Positions 43,773 through 53,600 of a stretch of DNA of 55,467 bases are shown one piece after another. The position numbers and the translations under genes are program-made. The DNA is from a virus. Its lineage: Duplodnaviria > Caudoviricetes. The notes beneath the pieces are model-generated. The model was not told the origin of the DNA. It worked only from the letters and a program-made list of their open reading frames with translations, and did no database searches. The stretch's first letter is position 1. Every line of letters starts with the position of its first letter. The stretch is from IMG/VR virus record IMGVR_UViG_3300027732_000027, positions 1 through 55,467 of that record. The stretch is one strand, 5' to 3'.

Positions 43773-45619
43773 TGGCAAATAATAAAAGAATTAAAGTATC
43801 AGAGTTAGACTTTGATACTATTAAAACGAATTTAAAGACATTTTTACAATCACAGAGTGAATTTTCAGATTACGATTTTGAAGGATCTGGATTAGCTGTA
43901 CTTCTAGATGTTCTAGCATATAATACCCACTATAACGGTATCTATACAAACCTTGCTGTTAATGAGTGCTTCTTAGATTCTGCAAGTAAAAGAGCTTCTG
44001 TAGTTTCATTGGCAAAAATGCTAGGCTATATGCCACGTTCAGCTTTAAGTGCCAAAGCCACAGTTAATGCAACAATAACTTCACCAACTACTACGCCTTC
44101 TACTGTTACTATTCCAGAGATGCAGCCATTTTTGACATCAATTGATAATGTTACGTACACATTCTATAATAGATCTTCTACAACTGTTGCTATTTCTAGT
44201 GCTGGTACTTATACTTTTACTGGGTTGGTTCTAACCGAAGGTACTCCACTTCAATACAAATATACTGTAGCTGCAGGAGTTCGCTTTATTATTCCTAACG
44301 CAAATGTAGATTTAAGTACTTTAACAGTTAGTGTTCAAGAAAATTCTTCTTCAGGTGTTTATCAAAACTTTACTCGTGCCGATACAATAACTGATATTAC
44401 AGAATTTTCTAATGTATACTTTGTTAAAGAAATTGATGATGGTTTATATGAACTTTCTTTTGGTAACGACAACATAGGTAAAGCACTTTTTAATGGTAAT
44501 GTTGTTACACTAGATTATATGGTTTCTAGTTTAGAAGAAGCTAATCTTGCATCTTCATTCACATATGGTGGTGTTTCTATTGCAGGAAGTAGTTTATCTG
44601 TAACAGCAACTGCTACAGCTGCTGGTGGTGCCAGCCCAGAGAGTATTGATGAGATCAAGTTCAATGCACCAAAATATTACGCTTCTCAAAATCGAGCAGT
44701 AACAACAGAAGATTATAAAGCAATTATATTAAAAAACTTCTCAGAAGCACAAACAATTTCAGTTTGGGGTGGCGAAGATAATGATCCACCAATTTATGGA
44801 AAAACATATATTTGTATTAAACCAAAAGAAGTAGACAAACTAACAGATGTCCAAAAACTGTTTATTACTAACAATATCTTAAAATCTAAAAATGTTCTTA
44901 CAGTTATCCCAGAAATTGTAGATCCAAAATTTTTAAACATTCGTGTTACTTCTTTTGTTTATTATAACCCAAGATCAACTACGAAAAGTGCTGCCCAAAT
45001 TGAAACTCTAGTTAAAAATTCTATTATATCTTACAATACTACTGATTTAGAAAAATTTGATTCTATGATGCGCTACTCTAAATTACTTAGAATTATCGAT
45101 GAATCAGATCTTTCTATCATTAATAACTTAACTCGTGTAATGATTCATTATCCAGTTGATGTTAAATTTAATATTGCGTCAAGATATTCTTTTAATCTAA
45201 TTAATCCAATTTCTCAAGATGGCGGTGCACAAGGTTCTGTCTTTGCATCAACAGGATTTTATATTCCTACTAGTAATGAAATACATTATTTGGATGATGA
45301 TTCTGCTGGAAATATTCGTTTATATTACCAAAGCAGTACCCAAAAAATTATTGTTGATCCATTTATTGGTACTATTAACTATAGCTTGGGTACTATAGAT
45401 ATTAACAATTTAAATATCTCGAAAACTTATAATTCAGATTTTGAATTGCAGATTAAACCTGAATCTTATGATATAGTTTCTGCATTTAATAATATCATTA
45501 GAATAGATCAAGAACTATTAGAAGTAACTGCTATTGCTGATGATACGATTAATGGCGATTCACAAGCTGGAACTAATTATCAGTTTAATTCTATTAGAAC
45601 ACTTTCAACGGATTCTTAA
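43772..45619 (+). CDS. gp6: Baseplate wedge subunit (gp6-like)
   Basis: LDFD.IK, DYDFEGSGL..LLD.LAYNTHY, QNRAVT..DY, WGGEDN.PP.YG. Confidence 0.95.
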   Translation: MANNKRIKVSELDFDTIKTNLKTFLQSQSEFSDYDFEGSGLAVLLDVLAYNTHYNGIYTNLAVNECFLDSASKRASVVSLAKMLGYMPRSALSAKATVNATITSPTTTPSTVTIPEMQPFLTSIDNVTYTFYNRSSTTVAISSAGTYTFTGLVLTEGTPLQYKYTVAAGVRFIIPNANVDLSTLTVSVQENSSSGVYQNFTRADTITDITEFSNVYFVKEIDDGLYELSFGNDNIGKALFNGNVVTLDYMVSSLEEANLASSFTYGGVSIAGSSLSVTATATAAGGASPESIDEIKFNAPKYYASQNRAVTTEDYKAIILKNFSEAQTISVWGGEDNDPPIYGKTYICIKPKEVDKLTDVQKLFITNNILKSKNVLTVIPEIVDPKFLNIRVTSFVYYNPRSTTKSAAQIETLVKNSIISYNTTDLEKFDSMMRYSKLLRIIDESDLSIINNLTRVMIHYPVDVKFNIASRYSFNLINPISQDGGAQGSVFASTGFYIPTSNEIHYLDDDSAGNIRLYYQSSTQKIIVDPFIGTINYSLGTIDINNLNISKTYNSDFELQIKPESYDIVSAFNNIIRIDQELLEVTAIADDTINGDSQAGTNYQFNSIRTLSTDS

Positions 45620-47463
45620 TGAGTCACATTAATACAATAAGAACACCGATTGCTTCGGTAGTAAGGTCACAGCTTCCTGAATTTGTCAGAGAAGATTATC
45701 CTACCTTTGTTGCATTTGTAGAAGCATACTATGAGTTTTTACAAAATCAAGGGGTTGATCTTACTGAATTTAGAGACATTGATAAAACTCTTGAAAGTTT
45801 TGTAACAGAATTTAAAAAAGAATTATCATATAATCTTCCTACCATAGTTGAAGATGAACGCTTTTTACTTTCTCGCATCAGAGACCAGTATCTTGCAAAA
45901 GGATCTGAAGCATCTTATAAATTATTATTTAAATTATTGTATGGTAAAAATGTTCGTATTTTATATCCTGCTGAACAAAGGTTAATTCCTTCTGACGGTA
46001 ACTGGAATCAAAATACTACAATTTTTGTTAAAGTTTTGTTTGGAGATGTATCTGTAATTGAAGGTAAAACTGTAGAAATTGAACAAGCAGATACCATTTT
46101 GCGTGTTGGAATTAAAAAGAATGAACGCTTAACAGGTGATATTAATAATATCCAATTTGTGGGTGAAGATCTATATGAATTATTTTTAGATAAAAAAATA
46201 TACGGTGCTATCGATATAGGTGATTTAATTCGCTATAAAGATCTATTCAAAGCAGAAATTTTATCAACTACCTCAACAGTTAAGATATACAGTGGTGGCT
46301 CTGGATTTCGTGTAGGACAAGTATTCGAATTAAAAAGTGGAAGTGGTTTTGGAACTTTAATTAAAGCAACTAAAGTATCTGCAACAGGAGCACTCCTTAA
46401 TATTCAAGTTATTAAATATGGAATAAATTATCCTTTTGACTTTACAACTTCTATATTACCTAGTAATTCTATAACTTCCAAAGATATTGTAGAAGTTGAT
46501 CTAGGTTTATCTCCTATAAGAATTAATAATGGAATAAATGATTTTATTGTTGGTTTAGAACCAAAATTAACTGTATCAGAAAACGGATTTATTAATAGTG
46601 TAGATTACATCACATCAACTTATGTAGATGGAACATATGCAGGTACCATATTAAAAGAATTTTCTTTTTCTAATGAAGAGATACCTGCTAATTCTTCCCC
46701 TGCAATTATTGATGTTACTTTAGGTACACTAGCACTATATCCAGGTTATTTTGAAACAAATAAAGGATTCTTATCAGATTCGATTTATATACAAGATAGC
46801 AAATATTATCAAATTTATTCTTATGTTATTTCTATCGATGAAAGACTATCTTCATATAAATCTGCAGTAAAAACGCTGATACATCCAACTGGAGTTGCAT
46901 TATTCGGTGAATTTGAAATTTCTAATAACTTTGATTTGTCTATAGAATTAGAATCTTTAATAAAATCTTTAGGGTTGGGTTTCGAAGAAGTAGAATTACT
47001 AGTTACAGATGCTAAGACTTTAACATTTTTCAAAGGCTTATCTAGTGATCCTCTTGTATCGACAGATAATATAACATCAAAGGTATTCAGTGCTGCGAAA
47101 ACTGATAGTGTAACAGCAAGCGATTCGGCAGGTTTCTTAAAGACCTTTTCTACAACTAAGACAGATAGTGTAACACTTTCAGATTCTGATTTTGTTGCTT
47201 CGTTTGGTTTAGTATTAGGAACTACGCAAAATATTACACATGCAATACCTACTTTTGAAACAGCACTAAATAGTTTAGTGTCATCACAAACACTAGAAGA
47301 AACTAATTTAGTGATTAGACGAGATCAAGATGTTTTCTTCGTATTACCTATTCAGAATATATCTACCACAGAATTTGGATATGTAGTTCTGGATCCATAC
47401 GAAGAAGGGAACTATTTTGAGGAAATATATTTAAATAACAGAGATGCTATTTTTAGCAATTAA
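45619..47463 (+). CDS. Baseplate wedge subunit (gp7-like)
   Basis: QLPEFV...FV..YYE, Y.AKGS..S...LF, IQDS.YYQ.YSY, L.HP.G. Confidence 0.75.
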   Translation: MSHINTIRTPIASVVRSQLPEFVREDYPTFVAFVEAYYEFLQNQGVDLTEFRDIDKTLESFVTEFKKELSYNLPTIVEDERFLLSRIRDQYLAKGSEASYKLLFKLLYGKNVRILYPAEQRLIPSDGNWNQNTTIFVKVLFGDVSVIEGKTVEIEQADTILRVGIKKNERLTGDINNIQFVGEDLYELFLDKKIYGAIDIGDLIRYKDLFKAEILSTTSTVKIYSGGSGFRVGQVFELKSGSGFGTLIKATKVSATGALLNIQVIKYGINYPFDFTTSILPSNSITSKDIVEVDLGLSPIRINNGINDFIVGLEPKLTVSENGFINSVDYITSTYVDGTYAGTILKEFSFSNEEIPANSSPAIIDVTLGTLALYPGYFETNKGFLSDSIYIQDSKYYQIYSYVISIDERLSSYKSAVKTLIHPTGVALFGEFEISNNFDLSIELESLIKSLGLGFEEVELLVTDAKTLTFFKGLSSDPLVSTDNITSKVFSAAKTDSVTASDSAGFLKTFSTTKTDSVTLSDSDFVASFGLVLGTTQNITHAIPTFETALNSLVSSQTLEETNLVIRRDQDVFFVLPIQNISTTEFGYVVLDPYEEGNYFEEIYLNNRDAIFSN

Positions 47464-47477
47464 CAGGAGAAACACTT

Positions 47478-47930
47478 ATGCATACACTTAAAGAAACAGC
47501 TAAATTCACAGGTTTAGTGAATCTGAAAAGAATTAATAGTTCTGGAGAAGTAATCCAGGAAATAGAAATACCAAACTTGGTAGTTACTACTGGTAAAAAC
47601 CATATTGCCAGTAAAATTACTGCAACTACTAATACCCCTGCTTCCATGACGCATATGGGTATCGGCACTGGAACTACTGGTGCAGTTTTAGCTAATACTC
47701 AGTTAGAAGCACAAACTGCACGTGTGGCATTAACAGGAAGTACTCCTACCAATAATACTATCACTTACACATGCACATTTAACGCTGGTGTTGGAGATGG
47801 AGCAATCACAGAAGCTGGAATTTTTAATGCTTCAACTGCAGGAACAATGTTATGCCGAACTACATTTCCTGTTGTGACAAAAGGTGCTGGCGATACAATT
47901 GCCATAACTTGGGTTATCACAATTAGCTAA
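47478..47930 (+). CDS. Virion structural protein (tail-fibre collar-like)
   Basis: NLVVT.G, M.IGTG, ITEAGIFNA, I.ITW.I. Confidence 0.7.
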   Translation: MHTLKETAKFTGLVNLKRINSSGEVIQEIEIPNLVVTTGKNHIASKITATTNTPASMTHMGIGTGTTGAVLANTQLEAQTARVALTGSTPTNNTITYTCTFNAGVGDGAITEAGIFNASTAGTMLCRTTFPVVTKGAGDTIAITWVITIS

Positions 47931-47950
47931 TCAGGAAATTAGGAGTTTAA

Positions 47951-50608
47951 ATGCCCCATACTGTAGGTCATTCGTCTTTAATAAAGACTATCTTGCATAA
48001 AACTCTTGCAGAAGGGCTTTATAATGATATTGTACATCAATTTTCTAGTTTTTACTATTTTTTAGGAAAAACTATACAGTGGAATTATGAAAATACTCCT
48101 CCGTATCCAACAGATAGTTTACAGTATGAAAAAGAAACCAGAGATGAAATTATTACATGTAAACGAATTAGACCGAATGATGTAGCATTTGTTATTCCAC
48201 GTAATAATTGGACTGCTGGAACTAGATATGATATGTATGATAATGAATACAATACAGAAATTCTTGGTTTAAATATTACCAATGGAGGTTCTGGGTATTT
48301 AACAATACCTACTATTACAATTACTGGTGGCGGTGGATCAGGTGCTGTATTTACAGGAGTGATTGATAATGGTTCTGGAAAACTTGTTGGCGTAGATGTA
48401 GTATCACGTGGGTATGGATATACATCTACCCCAACAGTTACAATTACTGGTGGCGGTGGTTCAGGTGCTGTTGCAACTGCAGTATTAAATTTATCTGTGA
48501 CTGGAAAACAAAAACTAGAAGAATGTGTATTCTATGTTATGACATCAGACTTCAATGTTTATATTTGTTTAGATAATAATTTAAATAGTCTGTCAACAGT
48601 TATACCAGTTGGTTCACAACCGAATTCATTTAGTTTATCAGATGGTTACGTTTGGAAATACATGTACAATGTACCAATCCCATTACGTACTAAATTTTTA
48701 ACTGAAGATTACATTCCTGTAACATCAGCATTAACAAATACGTTTTATAATAATGGTGCTTTAGATGCCCTTACTATACTTAACAAGGGTTCTGGATATA
48801 CTTCGGCTCAAATTTTAGTTAATGGAGATGGTTTTCTAGAAACAGATCCAATTTTTATAAATCAAATAAATATATTAAGTGGTGGAACAGGATTTACAAC
48901 AGCAACCGCAACTTTTTCAGATCCAGTTTTAAATACGTCAGCTTTTATTGCGAATGCTTCTGTATTTTTAGGACAGAAAATTTTCAATACAAACAAAGAT
49001 TTTTATGAGGTCGTAACACCTGGAACTTTCGGTGCAACTGCGCCTTCACATAAAAAATCTATAGCTAAAAATGGAACTGCTGTTTTAAAGTATATTGGTA
49101 CTACTTTAAAAGGAACACTAACTGTTTCTTCTGGTGCAATTTCTGCAATAAATTTAACGGCTTCAATTAGAAATTATACTATAACTAACAGCGGTTCTGG
49201 ATATTTAACAGTACCAACAGTTACAATTAGTGGTGGCGGTGGTACAGGGGCATCAGCAATTCCAAAGCTAAACAATGGAAATGTTTTATACATATCTCCG
49301 ATTAATGAGGGTGATGGATATACAAGTATACCTACAGTAAAAATAGGAACTGCATGGACAGCTTCAACTTCACTTACATTGAATAGTCAAGTCACTAATG
49401 CTTTAAAATTATACACAGTTACAACAGCAGGAACTTCTGGAACAGTTGCACCAACGCATACTTCTGGCGCAGTCACTGCCACTGGTGGCACTGCTGTATT
49501 AACTTTTGCTGGAGCAGAAGCTACTGCCACAGCTGTTAGAAAGTTTGGAAGTGGATATTCAAGTGTTCCGACTCTGACTGTTACTGGCGCAAGATCGACA
49601 GAACCAGAATTTCAATTCTTAACAGAAAAATCTTCTGCTATAATTATTCCAGTTATAAATAGTGGACAACTTGATTCCGTAATTATAGAAAATCCTGGTA
49701 TTGGATATAGTTTTGCTGCTTTAACTGTTTCTGCTCAAGGTGGTGCAGGCAGTGAAGCCGAATTAATAGCAGATTTATCTGTTGGTAATATAGATTCTTT
49801 ACAAGCAAATAGTGAGATGTTAACTACACCTGGAACTATTGAAGCAATAAAAATTATTAGTAATGGTTACGGATATTCTACTGCAAATGTTCGTATAGAA
49901 GGAGATGGAACTGGTGCAAGAGCAACAGCAACTATCAACTCTGTCAATGGAAGTATATCTAAAATTAATATTACTAATAAAGGTACTAATTATAGCTATG
50001 CAAATGTTACTATTGTAGGTAATGGATCTGCAGCAACGGCAAGAGCTATACCATCACCAAAAAATGGACATGGTAAAAATTCTCCAGATGAATTGTATGC
50101 AAGAAAGCTAATGTTTTACGGCAATGTTTCTGTTGACTTAAATCAAGGTTTACAGATTAATAACGACTATCGTCAATTGGGCATCATTAAAAATCCAACT
50201 GCATATAATTCTACAAATTATTTTAACGACTTACTTGGTTCTTCATGTTTTATTTGTGCAACTAGTATTAATGTTAATTCCTTTCCAAAAGATAGTTTAG
50301 TTTTTGTTAATAGAACTTTAACTGTAACATCTGGGGCTACTGATATAACACAAGTTATTGTTAAAAAATATAGAGTAGTTACAGCAACATCTTCAGCGAT
50401 ATTATTGTTATCATTAGATAATGATGTTCCTCAAATTAATGATACCTTTTTTAACGGTAATAGTCCACCTCAGACGTTTATAGTTAATACTGTAGGTAAT
50501 CCTGGTATAGATAAATACTCTGGACAGATGATGTTTATTGATAATAAATCTGCCTTTACACCATCTTCACAAGAAGTGGTTACACTAAGAACAATTATAC
50601 AATTTTAA
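47951..50608 (+). CDS. gp8: Baseplate wedge subunit (gp8-like), expanded by repeats
   Basis: PR.NW..G..YD.Y, VY.CLDN, DGY.WKYMY, P..GHG, NDYRQ.GII.NP; many GSGY repeats. Confidence 0.85.
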   Translation: MPHTVGHSSLIKTILHKTLAEGLYNDIVHQFSSFYYFLGKTIQWNYENTPPYPTDSLQYEKETRDEIITCKRIRPNDVAFVIPRNNWTAGTRYDMYDNEYNTEILGLNITNGGSGYLTIPTITITGGGGSGAVFTGVIDNGSGKLVGVDVVSRGYGYTSTPTVTITGGGGSGAVATAVLNLSVTGKQKLEECVFYVMTSDFNVYICLDNNLNSLSTVIPVGSQPNSFSLSDGYVWKYMYNVPIPLRTKFLTEDYIPVTSALTNTFYNNGALDALTILNKGSGYTSAQILVNGDGFLETDPIFINQINILSGGTGFTTATATFSDPVLNTSAFIANASVFLGQKIFNTNKDFYEVVTPGTFGATAPSHKKSIAKNGTAVLKYIGTTLKGTLTVSSGAISAINLTASIRNYTITNSGSGYLTVPTVTISGGGGTGASAIPKLNNGNVLYISPINEGDGYTSIPTVKIGTAWTASTSLTLNSQVTNALKLYTVTTAGTSGTVAPTHTSGAVTATGGTAVLTFAGAEATATAVRKFGSGYSSVPTLTVTGARSTEPEFQFLTEKSSAIIIPVINSGQLDSVIIENPGIGYSFAALTVSAQGGAGSEAELIADLSVGNIDSLQANSEMLTTPGTIEAIKIISNGYGYSTANVRIEGDGTGARATATINSVNGSISKINITNKGTNYSYANVTIVGNGSAATARAIPSPKNGHGKNSPDELYARKLMFYGNVSVDLNQGLQINNDYRQLGIIKNPTAYNSTNYFNDLLGSSCFICATSINVNSFPKDSLVFVNRTLTVTSGATDITQVIVKKYRVVTATSSAILLLSLDNDVPQINDTFFNGNSPPQTFIVNTVGNPGIDKYSGQMMFIDNKSAFTPSSQEVVTLRTIIQF

Positions 50609-50620
50609 AAGAGAATTTAA

Positions 50621-53600
50621 ATGCCTATAGATTTTAATAACGAACCATATTATGATGATTTTGCTGAAAGCAAAAAATTCTATAAAATTTTGTATCGTCC
50701 AGGCTTTGCAGTTCAAGCAAGAGAACTCACGCAGATGCAAACCATTCTGCAGAATCAAATTTCCCGTTTTGGAGACTGGGTATACAAAGAAGGGGCAATG
50801 GTTGTTCCTGGAAATTCTTCTGTTGATGTTGATGTTGATTACGTTAAATTACAAGCTACATATAATAATGTTAATGCCGATACTGTTGTTGAAGAATTCG
50901 TTGGTTTAACCATTGTAAATGCAACTGGTCTACAAGCTGAAGTAATTCACTACGCAAAATCTTCTGGAGCAGATCCAGCAACACTTTTTGTTCGTTATAA
51001 AAATTCTGGCACTAGTGGAACTGAGAAAACTTTTGGTGTTAATGATATTATTAGTGATGTAGATGCAACTTATACTGTCCAAGCTGCCGCAAGTGCACCT
51101 TCAGGCAAGGGTTCACTTGCAATAATTGAACTGGGTATTTATTATATTAAAGGTCACTTTGTACTGGTAGAACCACAAACAATTGTTCTTGACAAATATA
51201 CAAACACACCAACATACCGTATTGGTTTAACTTGTACAGAGCAAATTATTACTTCTGAAGAAGATGAAACATTATTTGATAATGCACAAAACTCATTTAA
51301 CTATGCAGCCCCAGGTGCGCATCGTTTTAGTATAGATTCTGTATTAACTAAGCTAACAGAAGATAGTACTACTGATACTGATTTTATTGAATTAATTAGA
51401 GTTAAATCTGGACAAACAACACGTAACACTAAAAGAACAGAAAATTCTGGTTTAGAGAAAACTTTAGCTGATCGCACATATGATGAATCAGGTAATTATA
51501 CAGTTAAGAATTTTGAACTTGATGTGCGTGAATTTAGAAATAATAATCGCTCACAATGGGTATCAGGTAGATACTATCTTAGTGGTGATGTTGTATCAAA
51601 TGCAGGCAATACTTATGTAGCCAGAAACAGTGGTACGTCAGCGTCACCTAATCCACTTACTCCACCAATTCACGCTGCTGGAACAGTTAATGATGGTCCA
51701 AGTAATAGTGGTGTTTCATGGGAATTTGACAGTGAACCTTTTTATAATCGTGGTATTAATTCTCCAGGGAATGCTGACATTCAAGCTACACATGAAGCAA
51801 ATGAAGCAAAACTTGCTGTTGGGTTAGAACCAGGAAGAGCATATATTCAAGGTTATTTGGTTGAAAAACCTTCTACCACTTATGTTACTGTTCCAAAAGC
51901 ACGTGATGCAGTACAAGTAGAAAATGCTTACATTCCAAGCACTGTTGGTAATTATGTATTGGTAACTAATGTTAATAGTTTACCACCGATAAGCACATTC
52001 GGTACAGTTACACTATATGATAGATTAGTATCTTCAGTTGGTGTTGCTCCTTCAGGTGCTACTGCAATTGGTACTGCTCGTGTTAGATTATTAGAGTGGC
52101 ATAATGGTACTATTGGTACACAAACTTCAATTTATAAACTAGGTTTATTTGATGTTAAAATGAATGGCACATTTGACTTTAATCGTAAAGTCAAATCGGT
52201 TTTCTTAAGTGGTGGCACTGCAGCACTTTCTTTTTCTGCAAACATTGATCCTATACTCGGTCGTATCGTCGGTAGTGCTACTGCTGCAAATTCTGCAACA
52301 ATTACTGGTACACAAACTTCTTTCCAAACAGATCTTATCGTTGGTGATGTGATTTCTTTTGGTGGTGTATTACGTCGTGTTGACACGATTACAAGTCAGT
52401 CTCAGATAACTGTTGATACTGCTATTACTATCACTGGTTCTACTATGGATCGTGTATCAACTGTAGTTTATGAACCAGAAAATACTTCATTGGTATATCC
52501 TTTACCATATTATGCAATAAAAAATGTACGTGGTATCTCTGGCGGAGTTCCTGGTGCTGGTGGGAATGATACTAATTATACTGTTTATCAGCAATTAGAT
52601 GTAACAACAATTAGTGGTGGCTCTATAAATCCACCTGGATTGGGTTCTGGAGTTTTTGCTTCAGCTGCTGAAACAGACAACTATATTGTTTTAAATAATA
52701 CTACTGGTGGGATAATTTTACCAACTGGTACTATTACTGGCACAGGAACTAACACTTTAGCTATCCCAGTAAATTCTGCTCTTAATGGTAACACTGCAAT
52801 AGTTATTGCAGCTGTTAATAAAACTGGTTCGACTTCTACTGAAAAAACTAAACTCCTACAGTCTTCTGTTGATGTTTTATTTACAACTCAAGCCACAGCA
52901 CAAGATTCTTCTTTATCATTAGGTGTTGCTGATGGTTATCGTTTAGTTTCTGTTAAAATGAGAACTGGAACATTCGCTGCACCAACTGGTACTTACAGTA
53001 TTGATATTACAGATAGATATGAGTTTGATTCTGGACAAAGATCTACTCACTACGATATTGCTAGAGTTAATTTAAAAAATTCGTATGCTCCTCCAGAAGC
53101 ACCAATTACAGTAACTTTTGATCATTTTACACATACTGCTGGAGATTATTTTACCAGAGATTCTTATCCAAATACTGTAGATTATAAATTAATACCTTCT
53201 TTTAACGGACTATCATTAAGAGATTGTATCGATTTCCGCCCAAGAATTAATAATGCTGGTACTGAATTTTCTTCAACTGGAGCATCCGTATCATTAGTTC
53301 CAAAACGTGGTATCGATATTATCACAGATTTTGCATACTATCTCGCTCGTAAATCTAAAATTGCTTTAGATCTTTCTGGTAAATTTGTTTCTATTGATAG
53401 TGTTTCTTCGTTAAATCCAGGAGAACCAGCAGACCTTGCTCTTGGTTTAAGTTTGTATAGTTTAAATCTTGAGCCTTATACATTTGGAACGACTAGTGAT
53501 AATGTTGTAGTTACTCGTTTTGATAACAAGCGTTATACGATGCGTGATATTGGAAAACTAGAAAAGCGTATTGATAACTTAGAATATTATACTTCATTAT

